A stretch of 63,877 bases of DNA, the filler included, from an uncultured Myxococcia bacterium (lineage in GTDB: Bacteria; CAZTWC01), in assembly GCA_964617105.1 (NCBI GenBank). It is 5 parts of 5 records of this genome, joined end to end, with 100 filler letters (N's around TTAATTAATTAA, not from the genome) between each part and the next. Parts side by side here need not be neighbours in the genome. Positions count along the whole stretch, not along the records: positions 41,608 to 55,171 come from CAZTWC010000079.1; positions 55,272 to 63,877 come from CAZTWC010000152.1; 3 more parts are not named here. The stretch is one strand, 5' to 3'. Within the stretch, counting starts at the first letter, position 1. Every line of letters begins with the position of its first letter. This document shows positions 50,601 to 58,614 of this stretch, one piece after another. A program made the translations under genes and the position numbers. Under the pieces are notes generated by a model, which did no database searches, was not told the origin of the DNA, and saw only the letters and a program-made list of their open reading frames with translations.

Positions 50601-51570
50601 CCTGACCGGCAGCGGTAAATTCGAAGCCTATGGCGGTGGTGCCAGCAACCACGCCCGGGGCGGCGGCGGCCGGATCGCTGTTTTAGGCGCTAAAACGATC
50701 TCCTCCAACCTCTCTTTCAGTGTGAGGGCCGGGTACAGGGATTCGGAAAACAGTACCATTTCTTCGGGAACCTACTATTACCAACTGGCCTCGGAACAGA
50801 ATGGGAACTTACGGGTACCATCTTCCGGCAGTCCCACTTACACCTGGCTGCCAGGGATGGGGACCTACAAGATAAAGTTGGTTGATTTTCCGGTGATTAC
50901 GCTGATGAACTCTGACGGTTCGGAGGTGGATGATTTGCCGGTTACTGACCCGGACAACGGGTTGGCGGGCTTCAAAGGTATCTACATCCAGGCGGAAACC
51001 GCAGCCGACACCTGGCGTGGTTTCAGGGTCAAGAGCAGCGGCGCTAACACTTTGCTGTTGGATGAAAGTGATTTTTCGGGTGAGTTGAAAGCAGGCCAAA
51101 AGGTGGAAGGATTGATCGATTTGGCCAGTTTGAACACCAATGACAATGCCCTGATGCTATCTGACTCCAAGTTGGCCGACAGCGTGGATATCTCCGCAAT
51201 GGACAGTCGGATAACCCGGGTGACCTCCGGCAGCCAGACATTGGCTTTTTATGCGGTGACGGCTAACTATAATCATAGCCGCGAGATGTGCCAATACCTG
51301 TTTGGCGGCGATCTGGTCAGTATCCATGACCAGGCCAGACATGACCTGTTCAGCCCCAATACCGGCAGCAATACCACCTGGCATATCGGCCTTAACGATA
51401 GCGGATCAGACGGTACTTTTACTTGGATAGACGGCAGCATCCTGGATTACAATGAGCCGATGGGTTTTAACAACACTCTGGAAAAGGACTGCGTATTTTA
51501 CCAGAAGAGTACCAACAACTGGCAGATAAACTACTGCACTGACCGGAGGTATTTTGTCTGTGCCTATTAA
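41608..51570 (+). CDS. Giant (>3300 aa, 5'-truncated) protein with 8 glycine-rich modules and a C-terminal C-type lectin domain
   Basis: The frame is open from the contig edge. Repeated G.GY..G.HGG.GG..YG..P..GGG.I..GAGGSI..GGGGRIA..AGT modules; the C-terminus reads WHIGLND..DGTFTWIDG..DCV..W..C..FVC. Confidence 0.9.
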   Translation, partial: EENGSINVSGKGYSGGLPNTPDINLINGATLDNVRENGALAQGDTSGKAQGGNHGGLGGFNPQGRYGNMYAPFLPGGGGGRGHYSMGAGGHGGGAVRIEARTIRLDGHIYADGITGSGDSAQDFYGGGGGAGGSIWLQPLPEVVNYRGTDENVGGDDQTLVLTNNIRDKSQGRNVHARGGYGGHVKTTSRWGGSGSGGRIAIYYSHRDIKIDYSVRPGDRRYNSGDEGRAGTIYLARNDQDYGTLFFRDEGTPEWISKQTELYGISTKKIVSVEGGKITLDTDKIPVLNGHGLLKGAFLSPHSRPEVNCPILDNDATSITIGVSSKCAGSDLDLFQTDTEVVVVYIVKDICWLQNFDQSCSNSYGTSYLSTNARFYLDDPLKSIEGDGYKVQKKDAWSVHGLYIPNLVHYEQYEGYLQNYDTIYSSRPLKRITVKRYRAYVRIHRQEVEEFYLEDTDKNADYPFVNYLNCGKLYLKNSGFAFREINCGQIILNNSKVYAKHMPEKSADDSSWGSSDGARSAKIIAQEMNVDSNSEIWARDRGYRKTYTNQYQKHTTYYAGHGGDGYDGKVKAYGNVYYPRQPGSGSNTNHGGGSFEINISGLFLLDGTIWAAGWGHASGGSVYIDMQGTGTIQVTDGAGYIRSYSDNQGSGGRISVVNYVSKLPSDLYLYSFSTDNDYSAQGTSFFRPAGDKYGTLVVDNHNRRGITAVLPLLPSGQIISFGDKNNTINDENATFPMEDLPKGSIDLKKYYFKFTDKDGKVRYLKATGNSEQQLELELPYGVEKLSDIFEVGADYQGVYVFQRVDLERKGKIKSLSPIVIMEGEKDEPETLVINSDMNVPALIIPEGTKKLVVNSSNLRVTDQIKVEQLEGNSASISIDKLSVDTVQLQESSLTLTDLTGFDSDQVSTLNLKGSSNLKQTSAGDFPGLFVVRVKNLLVEVNSRVDADGNGYRFAEHATETYAPGPDGKPHGTSRSIGAMHGGLGGNNSSYHRTYGDFRAPIYGGTSGHNYSPNHNYNSRWRSRGGGALKLEISEKLELEGTVSANAHQPSDYNSWEALSGAGGSVWVTGLDSAVFSGSGKIQVNGGRARGRAGGGGRVAVRGFTGDISTWDLQARGGYSDSKEGGRHGGAGTVFVQAKDQPRGDLKVDNNALSSTACATFGANIQGEIVEVGKDSVKLKSTSTGRGANFMEPNQNFDGLKGFQVRLRTAGSFKDYTIVTNTADTLTMAVGDDDLTQLFAAGDLVISLFNLNRIDIKSNSKFFSDGLISVDTVELQDSNLYLNEITGFGSDQVSVLNIKGSSRLKQSSAGDFPGPFVVRANNLLVEAGSYIDADGNGYRLADHATEIYAPGPDGKPYSASRSKGALHGGLGGGNSDYHLSYGDFRAPVYGGTSGNNYSPNHHYNSRWHSRGGGALKLEILEKLELEGTVSANAHQPSDYNSWEALSGAGGSVWVNGMGSAVFSGSGKIEANGGRARGRAGGGGRVAVRGFTGDISAWNLKAHGGYSDSKETARHGGAGTVFVQPKDQAYGDLKVGNNGNRSNSYATSGANIHAEIAEVEKDKVKIAVIGRGSIFMEPNDKFGALKGFPVRLVAADNSFKEYIISANTADTLTLEVGDDDLTQLFAAGDLVVSAFKLKRVDLDSQGFFLTDGLLEISNQMEIKGSGRLVAFGVKADQLTLESADSYIKNIDLSDHMTIKNGGILYSYIGYSSLKLVRYWQPRLEIFTKDFTIEEGGKIDLSNRGYPKPADCSKSRYSLGPDGKNGLLHIDHGASHGGVGGANSYWYRTYDDPQYPLYGGISGRCYSTNNAHLHHSGQGGGALKLEFAGIGTIAGSILSDGHPSSDANSSASSGGAGGSILLDGKNSGALTITGAIKARGASTRHRAGGGGRVALINFSGDIEQATLLASGGNYGNSDSTHRASAGSVFLRKTGQEYGDFILDNQNSNSGRWSPVGMYFRKQHRKFAKIYAVGENTVQIEDGLLREPVPEKGFYGFVGQQIRLFDHAEKNVRVFKIISHDANTLTLDTKGEDLTGIFKVDDRIQPYYQYNNVIVKNSARFITDSFLKAEKVEFDQGIAHNSASYFQVKQLSLVKSTLQGEEVTVEAEDVSIDLDSKFDVTAGGYLKGDCSTDKRGYGPPGDQRWGSHGWGASHGGLGSHENRVNMSYDFFFAPYLAGAAADCYSTNNAHHYISGYGGGVVKMVVSKTLSLAGSIKANGGQPSDPNSSSHRAGAAGSIWLDGKDSGVFSGSGTIQAIGGWARGLSGGGGRIAITNYQGDISNYTVNAHGGSHVNLSMGGGAGTIYTEAAGQSYGQLKVDNNDVNGNYTGLGGPRKSVVEAVEAGMVTLENRGGYLRMYEKDSQNQTVFYLRLVSGNGNGEYRIKWVDGNRYGLEDSQGDIVTLFKTGDTAEPIYKLKELDVVKNGKLMPSEGYVLDLHDGGQGLDLDGQSLQLAGLITSGDISLKNSTLTAGKIVARNLILQGSKIYSPSTPADGRPVGLNINADDLQLDAGSLISANGRGYNGGNNSHKSGYCYKGKSCAPEYHAGSHAGINLRNTHAYDRAYGNFYFPVTFGAGSGNYHGHGYRGGGAIRLKLGGNLILDGKITANGSGNRSYSSGAGGSILIEMSGGGKIESPAQTGKIEARTWFDEANNYIGNYQGGNGYITLRGYSELDSDLRLNVLPLTWNRHNRAASVGVIYLKPSGSTYGTLKVDCENFSNGGQSVWSQAPAISEIGVTSQVVEKVAGGLRLAQDDLPVTNHVANEYGLEGLYAEVKGSWGSAMFLVTNSSSDTIFLEGSLDNVQVGDQVRTVHQFDSLDLNNRGRIHFMNSAVKVDNLTLDKYVYLGLHEGIFKNLTIKNAVVSTFPAWASKKKLFPLNLQVDNLVVESGGDIHADGCGYPGDTSNAGGYGPGFGRLAKNMAGSHGGFGVGGERKHIYGRYDRPLTAGSSGGYNGQSGGAGGGVIHIKASQSMVNDGRIRSNGHTRNRSGAGGSILLEASNFDLTGSGKFEAYGGGASNHARGGGGRIAVLGAKTISSNLSFSVRAGYRDSENSTISSGTYYYQLASEQNGNLRVPSSGSPTYTWLPGMGTYKIKLVDFPVITLMNSDGSEVDDLPVTDPDNGLAGFKGIYIQAETAADTWRGFRVKSSGANTLLLDESDFSGELKAGQKVEGLIDLASLNTNDNALMLSDSKLADSVDISAMDSRITRVTSGSQTLAFYAVTANYNHSREMCQYLFGGDLVSIHDQARHDLFSPNTGSNTTWHIGLNDSGSDGTFTWIDGSILDYNEPMGFNNTLEKDCVFYQKSTNNWQINYCTDRRYFVCAY
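44254..46560 (+). repeat. Tandem intragenic duplication, period 1158 nt (386 aa)
   Basis: ATGCTGACGGCAATGGTTAC at 44441 matches ATGCAGACGGCAATGGTTAC at 45599; long near-identical peptides; boundaries approximate. Confidence 0.85.
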
Positions 51571-52492
51571 GAGAAACAGAGCCGGCCAGGAAGTTTTTAG
51601 CGCTATTTTTAGTGCTTGCACTTTAAAACTTTTTTCCGGCTCCACCCTTATATTTTTGCTTCCAATGGTTTTAGCCCTGGCTTGCACTGAAGGTAAAGAT
51701 GACCGGGATAAAAAATTCCAAAATGGTCCGGTGGTGGGCAGTTCCCGGTTGGGTATCAGTAGCCAGAGATGGCAATACCTGAGGGACCAGATGGATGAGC
51801 AGGAACAGATAAATCTGCAGCAGGAGTCCCAGTTGCGGGATCTGCTGGAAAAGGAACTCAAGATCAAACGGCAGGCTATGGCGGCACGTAAAAAGGGACT
51901 CCATAAACAGCCGCATTTGGCCCGACGTTTGGAGCAGATAATGGCCAATACTTTTCGCCAGGAGTTTGTGTCCCGGTGCCAGTTATCTATTCGGGAAGCC
52001 CCGGGAATCCAAAAAGATTTGGGAGAAAAGGATATAGTGTTGAAAAACTTTTGGCAAATAGCCATACCCGAAGATGCCATAAAAGTTGACTTACCGGTTT
52101 TAGAGCGGGAATTGACCCGGTTGTCGCAAAAGAGTAAGAGTTGCCGCATAGACCTGGGAGGGCAAGCCAGCCTTTTTTATTTTCGTCTCCTGCCCCAGGA
52201 ACAAACCGGAAAAACCACCGGATTGCAGAAAGATAGTGACAGTAGGTCCGGTGATTTGCAGCCTTTTCAATTTAAAGCGGTTAAAAAATCGGGAAAAATT
52301 TTATTGCGATGTCTGCAGAGTTTTTCTACCAGCCGGGTGCCTGCAGTGGGTCAGCAATCGGTTTTGGCTGCCCGGCGCAGGTTTTGTCTTGAGAAGATGG
52401 AGAAGGAGTTGGAGAAACAATATCCTCTCCAGGTTAAAGGAGAACAGTTAAGGTCTTTGCCCAAATCCAATAATGCTGGTAAGGGTAAATAA
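51554..52492 (+). CDS. Hypothetical lipoprotein (start uncertain)
   Basis: Hydrophobic stretch ending ALAC; helical/coiled-coil body. Confidence 0.65.
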   Translation: MSVPIKRNRAGQEVFSAIFSACTLKLFSGSTLIFLLPMVLALACTEGKDDRDKKFQNGPVVGSSRLGISSQRWQYLRDQMDEQEQINLQQESQLRDLLEKELKIKRQAMAARKKGLHKQPHLARRLEQIMANTFRQEFVSRCQLSIREAPGIQKDLGEKDIVLKNFWQIAIPEDAIKVDLPVLERELTRLSQKSKSCRIDLGGQASLFYFRLLPQEQTGKTTGLQKDSDSRSGDLQPFQFKAVKKSGKILLRCLQSFSTSRVPAVGQQSVLAARRRFCLEKMEKELEKQYPLQVKGEQLRSLPKSNNAGKGK

Positions 52493-52522
52493 TTATTAAT
52501 ATAATCGTTAGGATGGATAGCC

Positions 52523-53596
52523 ATGAAAAAATTATCTTTTTTGGTAACCTTAATTTTCTTAATGGGTATTTTTATTTTTCCCAGCAGCGGGGAAGCAAAG
52601 GGAGAAACAAAAGCCGGCGGCTCTGAGAAATCGAGCGAAAAAAACCTTAAAAAGAAGAAAAGGAAGGAAAAAAAGAAGAGCAAGAAAATCAAGATGATTA
52701 AGGGGAAATCGATTTCAGCCAAAAAATCGGGAAGTAAAGATGCGGCAAATTATAAAGATGTCTTTGCCTGCACTAAAGATCTGGCTGGCAAATTGGCTCT
52801 CCAGATCAAGAGATTGCCCGGTAAATTCAAGCGGGTGGTGATTTTGCCGCTCAGAGTAAGCGGTGATAACCTGCAGATGAAAAAACCGGGATTAGCCTTA
52901 TCGGAGATGATTTCCTCTGCCCTGGAGCAGGAGAAGGGAATCCAAATTTTGGAACGGGAGCGGCTGAAAGATATTTTAAAAGAATCGGAATTGGCTCAAT
53001 TGGGAGTAATTGACGAGAGCACAGCGCCCAAATTGGGCAATTTTCTGGGTGCCAGAGCCCTGATTACCGGTTCTCTCAACCAATTGGGGCCCAAATATTT
53101 TCTCAACTTGAGAATGATCGATGCGGAGAGCGCCAAGATACTGGTGAACTTGTCCACCACTTTTCCTGCAGCCAGTTTGGACGCCAAAGTGGATTCTATT
53201 GTAGTTTATAAAAAGGGGTTTGACGCTATTTGGCGCAGCGCTGTTTTCCCAGGATTGGGGCAAATGTACATGGAAGAGATGGAGCGGGGATTAATTTATA
53301 CTGTGCTGGGAGGCCTTTCAGCGGCTTCGGTAGTGTTATATGCCACTCAGGCTAAATTGCACTATGATAAATATAAAAAAGATGAAGCCGATACAGTAAA
53401 ATATTTCGACCGTTATAAAAATGCTCAAAACAACTTTAAGATCTCTTTGCTGGTGTTTGCTCTCATATATACTGCAAATTTGGTAGATATCTCCCTGACT
53501 GCCGAAGATAAATTGATCTATTATCCTATCTCCATGGATATTGTTCAGGCCGAATCCGGCTCGGCGCCTACTTTGAGATTGACATATAAGTGGTAG
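52523..53596 (+). CDS. CsgG/FlgO-like domain protein with C-terminal DUF5683-like membrane region
   Basis: ILERERL..IL.E..L...G.ID...LG..LGA..LITGS motif; SAVFPGLGQMY. Confidence 0.75.
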   Translation: MKKLSFLVTLIFLMGIFIFPSSGEAKGETKAGGSEKSSEKNLKKKKRKEKKKSKKIKMIKGKSISAKKSGSKDAANYKDVFACTKDLAGKLALQIKRLPGKFKRVVILPLRVSGDNLQMKKPGLALSEMISSALEQEKGIQILERERLKDILKESELAQLGVIDESTAPKLGNFLGARALITGSLNQLGPKYFLNLRMIDAESAKILVNLSTTFPAASLDAKVDSIVVYKKGFDAIWRSAVFPGLGQMYMEEMERGLIYTVLGGLSAASVVLYATQAKLHYDKYKKDEADTVKYFDRYKNAQNNFKISLLVFALIYTANLVDISLTAEDKLIYYPISMDIVQAESGSAPTLRLTYKW

Positions 53597-53660
53597 GCAG
53601 AGTAGATCAAGGCTAAAATGTATAACCTGTAATTTATAACCTACGTGTTAATATTCGGTA

Positions 53661-55171
53661 ATGCAGCAAAAATTTGGAAAATACGAAATCCTGAAAAAAA
53701 TCGGCAGTGGCGGTATGGCTGAGGTTTACCTGGCCAGGAGCATCGGTTCTCGTGGATTTGAGAAGATGATAGTGATCAAGAAGATCCACTCCTTTTTTGT
53801 TGAAAATCAGGAATTTCTTTCCATGTTTATCGATGAGGCCAGGTTAGCGGCCAAATTGAACCATGGCAATATTGCCCAGGTATTTGACTTTGGAGAGATG
53901 GGTGGCAACTACTATATTGCCATGGAGTATATCGATGGAGTAGATTTACGAAGTATTTTCCGGAAAACATATCAACAGGGGACCCTGTTACCCCTGGATC
54001 ATGTGGTTCGTATCTTTGTAGAGATCAGTAAAGCCCTGGAATACGCTCATAACAAGCGGGATTTTTCCGACAAACCTCTGAATATCGTACACCGGGACAT
54101 CAGCCCCGATAATATTTTGGTAAGTTATGAGGGGGTGGTAAAACTGGTTGATTTTGGCATCGCCAAGGCCACCACTACTTTTTCCCAGACAGTTACCGGC
54201 ACTTTTAAGGGTAAATTTTCCTACATGTCGCCAGAGCAGATAAACGGCGAACCGTTAGATAATCGTTCCGATCTTTTTTCTCTGGCTATAATTCTCTATG
54301 AGTTTGTGGCTGGTGTAAACCTGTTTAATGCCAACAATCCTGCCTTAATTATGGATGCTATCCGCAAGGCGCCTATTAGAAGGCCAAGTGAATTCAATCC
54401 AAATATCCCAGCGGAACTGGAAGGGATAATAATGCGGGGGTTAACCAGGGATACGACCCAGCGTTACCAGTCAGCAGCCGAGATGCAGCGGGATCTGGAG
54501 TGGGTACTGCACAATAAATTGTTTCACGCCTATTCTACTGGATTGTCGCAATATTTACGGGAGTTATTTAAGGAGCAATTGGAGGAGAATGCTTCTGCGC
54601 TTTACCACCATACGTCACTAGACGAGCAAGACGGGTCCCAGGAAAACAGGGCTGAAATTGGATCTGGGGTTGGTGGAAATGGAAGTTCCTCTCCAGAGAT
54701 AATAGGGGGGCCGGAAGTTGAGATGACCCCAACACCCGATATCTCGTCTTCATCTTTTAGCGATGATTACAATGCCAAAACTGAGCCAGGATTAGCATTG
54801 CCCCATTTAAAAGAGCCGGGGGTAAAAATAGAGAGTGAACCCTGGGGAAATGAACAAGATTTTGTGAACAGTCTGGGGCGCAAAAAGTTGATGGGCCGGC
54901 TGACAATTTTAATTTCTCTAATTTTGATAATTGGTGGGGGATTTTTTTATTTTACCAGGTCTGAAAAGGGAGATGAAAAGAGAACAGAGCCAGAAATAGT
55001 CATTCCTATGAGTGGAGAAGAAACTGTCCCCCGCATTGCCCCCATAGTTAAAAAAGAGGAAAAGTCTTCATCAGAAGTTGCGGTCAAATCTGTCCCAGCC
55101 TTCTCTTCAGTCAAACCAAGAAAAATGAAAATTAAGCGACCGGCAGTTTCCAGGTCTTTTATTCCAACACC
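53661..55171 (+). CDS. Membrane Ser/Thr protein kinase (Hanks type), 3'-truncated
   Basis: IGSGGMAEVY, HRDISPDN, DFGIAK and GKFSYMSPEQ motifs; TM segment. Confidence 0.95.
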
Positions 55172-55271
55172 NNNNNNNNNNNNNNNNNNNNNNNNNNNNN
55201 NNNNNNNNNNNNNNNTTAATTAATTAANNNNNNNNNNNNNNNNNNNNNNNNNNNNNNNNNNNNNNNNNNNN
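55172..55271. other. Artificial contig linker
   Basis: N44-TTAATTAATTAA-N44. Confidence 0.98.
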
Positions 55272-56023
55272 GTAATATCTCCATCAACAAAGTTGGGGTT
55301 AAGGACCTGCGCTATCCAATCTCAGTGCTGGACAAATCCAATAACAGCCAAAAAACCATAGCCGATGTGAGTATGTTCGTCAATCTGCCACACCAGTTCA
55401 AGGGTACTCACATGAGCAGATTTATAAAAATATTAAACCAGCACCGGGGCGATATAACCGTAAAAACTATTCCCACCATACTGCACCAAATGAAGGAGCG
55501 GCTCCACGCCGAATCGGCCCATATCAGTTTAATATTCCCTTATTTTCTTGAAAAAAAAGCCCCTGTTTCTGGGGCGCCTGGAATGATGGAATATATCAGC
55601 TATTTTTTGGGCAACAGCAACCACGGCGATGATTTTGTCCTGGGAGTCGATGTGCCGGTAAACAGCCTCTGCCCCTGCTCCAAAGAGATAAGCAAATACG
55701 GTGCCCACAACCAGCGCAGCATGGTCTCAGTAAGAGTCAGATTCAACCAGTTTATCTGGATTGAGGAGTTAATAGAACTTATAGAATCCTCTGCTTCCAG
55801 CCCATTATATTCTTTGTTGGAACGCACTGATGAGAAATTGGTGACCGAACTCTCTTATGAAAATCCCGCTTTTGTAGAAGATACCGTCAGAGCGGTGGCT
55901 CAAAAACTACTGGAAGAGAAACGGGTAACCTGGTTTACCGCAGAAGTGACCAACTTCGAGAGTATCCACAACCACAATGTATACGCTTTTATTAAACAGG
56001 ATAAACTCAATCCCACCGAATAG
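55272..56023 (+). CDS. folE2: GTP cyclohydrolase IB, 5'-truncated
   Basis: INKVGVKDLRYP, KGTHMSRF, LCPCSKEIS.YGAHNQR and ESIHNH motifs. Confidence 0.95.
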
Positions 56024-56068
56024 ATTTACCGTCCGAACGCAGCCAAGTTCTCGCAACGAAATTAATTC

Positions 56069-56941
56069 CTAGAGTTTACCCGCCTGGGCATCAGCCCGGT
56101 ATGAACTCCTGATCAACGGTCCGGCCTCCACCCACTTGAACCCCAACTTAAGACCAAAATCTCTGATTTGGTGGAACCAGGCTGGCTGATAATATTTTTC
56201 CACCGGCAAATTCGCCTCTGAAGGACACAAATACTGGCCCACAGTAAAAATATCACACTCAACTTGCCGCAAATCAATCATCAACGACTCCACCTCTTGA
56301 CCTCTCTCCCCTAATCCCACCATGATCCCCGACTTGGTGATCTGGCCCGGGTCAATCTGCTTTGTTCTTTGCAACAACCTCAAAGAACGCTCATAATCGG
56401 CCCGGGGACGAACTCGGGGATACAACCGCCTAATGGTTTCTACGTTGTGCCCCAAAATTTTGGGTCCCGCCTCCACCACCAGAGCCAAAGCCTCCATCTT
56501 CCCCTGAAAATCGGGGATTAGCACCTCCACACTGCACTGGTGGCACTTCTGTTTGATGGCCTTGATAACTGCGGCAAACATCGCCGCCCCACCATCCTCC
56601 AAATCATCCCGGCTGACCGAGGTGATAACCGCGTGTTTTAACTCCATATCCGCCACCGCCTCCGCCACCCTGGCCGGTTCTCCTGGATCATGGCTTCCTC
56701 GTTTACCCAAAGTTTTTACGGAACAAAACCGGCAGTTGCGGGTACACCGGTCTCCCAATATCATAAAAGTTGCCGTACGCCGCTGCCAACACTCGTCCAC
56801 ATTCGGGCACCTGGCCTCTTCGCAGACAGTATGCAATCTCTTCTTCTCTTTAAGCCGGCGGACAAAATTGTAATTACTACCGCCCGGAATTTTTGTCTTA
56901 AGCCAGGTGGGCTTGGGCTTAAAAGATGTCTTGGGACTCAT
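56069..56941 (-). CDS. lipA: Lipoyl synthase
   Basis: CEEARCPNVDEC, CTRNCRFC and RSSY motifs; GGAG RBS before ATG 56941. Confidence 0.96.
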   Translation of the reverse strand: MSPKTSFKPKPTWLKTKIPGGSNYNFVRRLKEKKRLHTVCEEARCPNVDECWQRRTATFMILGDRCTRNCRFCSVKTLGKRGSHDPGEPARVAEAVADMELKHAVITSVSRDDLEDGGAAMFAAVIKAIKQKCHQCSVEVLIPDFQGKMEALALVVEAGPKILGHNVETIRRLYPRVRPRADYERSLRLLQRTKQIDPGQITKSGIMVGLGERGQEVESLMIDLRQVECDIFTVGQYLCPSEANLPVEKYYQPAWFHQIRDFGLKLGFKWVEAGPLIRSSYRADAQAGKL

Positions 56942-56962
56942 ATTCTCCCCTTCTGGCTCCAT

Positions 56963-57337
56963 CTACCACTGCGCCAATTGATAGTTGCTCAGGATCGATT
57001 TATCTTTGCTCAATAGCACTGCATTTTTTATTTGAGCCTGAGATACAATAATCCGATCAAATGGATCTCTGGTCCATTTTTGTTTAATTGCCGAGGCAAT
57101 AACATTAAGAAATGGTTGTTTGCATATTTTAAGCCCAATTCGCTGGGTCAAATCTTGTATGATCTCCTCTGCGGGGACAGAAATTCGATCTATCTCGAAC
57201 AGATATTGTATTTCTAGGCTGACCATGGGAGAAATAAATAATTCGTCACTCTCAATCAATTGGCAGACCCGCTCGCTTAATAATTTTATTTTACCGGCAT
57301 AGAGCCAAATCGGAATATGGGTATCAAGATAAATCAC
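56963..57337 (-). CDS. PIN-domain (VapC-like) toxin
   Basis: YLDTH..W, S..E and RDPFDRII.SQA motifs. Confidence 0.92.
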   Translation of the reverse strand: MIYLDTHIPIWLYAGKIKLLSERVCQLIESDELFISPMVSLEIQYLFEIDRISVPAEEIIQDLTQRIGLKICKQPFLNVIASAIKQKWTRDPFDRIIVSQAQIKNAVLLSKDKSILSNYQLAQW

Positions 57338-57557
57338 GGTTCCATTCTCCTGACCAATCTAAGTGAACTATATCTTCAGCATCACCTTCAATCACATCAA
57401 AACGCTGAACCAGATTATCAAGTTTTTTCTTTTTTTCTGCCGATAATATCAGCAATCTCTGTCCTTTGCGTTCTAATTCTACAGGAATGCCTGTTTTTAA
57501 AACCTGATCTAATATCTGATAAATATTATTGCGCAGTTTAGTAATTGAAATTGGCAT
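57324..57557 (-). CDS. Phd/YefM-family antitoxin
   Basis: ISITKLRNNIYQILDQV..TG.PVELERKG; overlaps the toxin start. Confidence 0.88.
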   Translation of the reverse strand: MPISITKLRNNIYQILDQVLKTGIPVELERKGQRLLILSAEKKKKLDNLVQRFDVIEGDAEDIVHLDWSGEWNRDLS

Positions 57558-57594
57558 ATTGCTTCTCCCTTATAAATCCTATAACTTCAATTTT

Positions 57595-57623
57595 ATTGTA
57601 CCCATTTTCATTACGTTCGTCAA
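57595..57623 (-). promoter_or_regulatory. sigma70-type promoter of the toxin-antitoxin operon
   Basis: Minus strand TTGACG-N17-TACAAT; ACGTACGT palindrome nearby. Confidence 0.6.
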
Positions 57624-57883
57624 TTGTTATTTACGCACGTACGTTATGCTAATCTTATTTAGACCTAGAATATCTTTTTATATATTTCAATCTTGTCTTA
57701 TTGTCGGCTAAAACTAAAAATGGTATTGTAGTTAACTAAAATAGTTTTCTACTAAGGGAGATGCGATTTGTGCATCTTTTAACTTGACAAACCTGACCGT
57801 ATTTGGCATTCTAATACTTGTTTTCCAGATTGAAAAGTCCATCTTGTCTTTTTTTAATATTATTCTAACTAAGGAGTAAAAAA

Positions 57884-58459
57884 ATGGCTGATTTGAAAGG
57901 AACTAAAACCGAAACCAATATTCTTACCGCTTTTGCCGGCGAATCACAGGCCCGTAACCGGTACACCTTTTTTGCCAGCAAAGCCAAAAAAGAGGGCTTT
58001 GTGCAGATCTCCCGCATTTTTGAAGAAACTGCCAACCAGGAAAAAGAACATGCCAAAAAACTTTTTAAACTGTTACAGGGCGGTGATGTCGAAGTTAGCG
58101 CTGCATTTCCCGCCGGAGTTATAGGAACCACCCTGGAAAACCTGAAAACCTCGGCCGCCGGAGAAAATCATGAGCACACCGAGATGTATCCTCAATTTGC
58201 CATAGTTGCCCAAGAGGAAGGTTTTGACGCCATTGCTACAATTTTCAAGGCTATTGCCGTGGCTGAAAAACAGCATGAAAAGCGCTATAACGACCTGGCT
58301 GCCAACATTGAGGCTGGCAAAGTTTTCAAACGAGAAGCGACTGTGGATTGGCGCTGCCGCAACTGCGGATATTTGCACCAGGGTACTGATGCACCAGAGA
58401 TATGCCCTGCCTGCGCTCACGCCCAGGCCCATTTTGAAATATTGGGGGAAAATTGGTAA
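57884..58459 (+). CDS. rbr: Rubrerythrin
   Basis: AFAGESQARNRY, EKEHA, EKQHE and CRNCG...CPAC motifs. Confidence 0.96.
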   Translation: MADLKGTKTETNILTAFAGESQARNRYTFFASKAKKEGFVQISRIFEETANQEKEHAKKLFKLLQGGDVEVSAAFPAGVIGTTLENLKTSAAGENHEHTEMYPQFAIVAQEEGFDAIATIFKAIAVAEKQHEKRYNDLAANIEAGKVFKREATVDWRCRNCGYLHQGTDAPEICPACAHAQAHFEILGENW

Positions 58460-58614
58460 ATGGATACTTTTCTCAGTAGCCTTAAATTAATTTTTGTGAT
58501 ACTAATCCTGACAGGTGGTATTTAAATAATTATTAATTTTGTTGTGCCAATGTTTACTGCCATGCGGGCATAGATCCATATTGATTTAAGGCAAACCATG
58601 GTCTGGAGGTTATT

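Noticed and set aside
44254-51570. Diversity-generating retroelement (repeat pair plus C-terminal lectin domain)
   Set aside because: The duplicated segments are ~1.16-kb coding modules whose mismatches are not adenine-specific. No reverse transcriptase and no template copy of the lectin 3' end were seen.
13787-55271. TTAATTAATTAA motif recurring four times within N runs
   Set aside because: Artificial contig spacer. ORFs reading into it and neighbourhoods across it are not biological.
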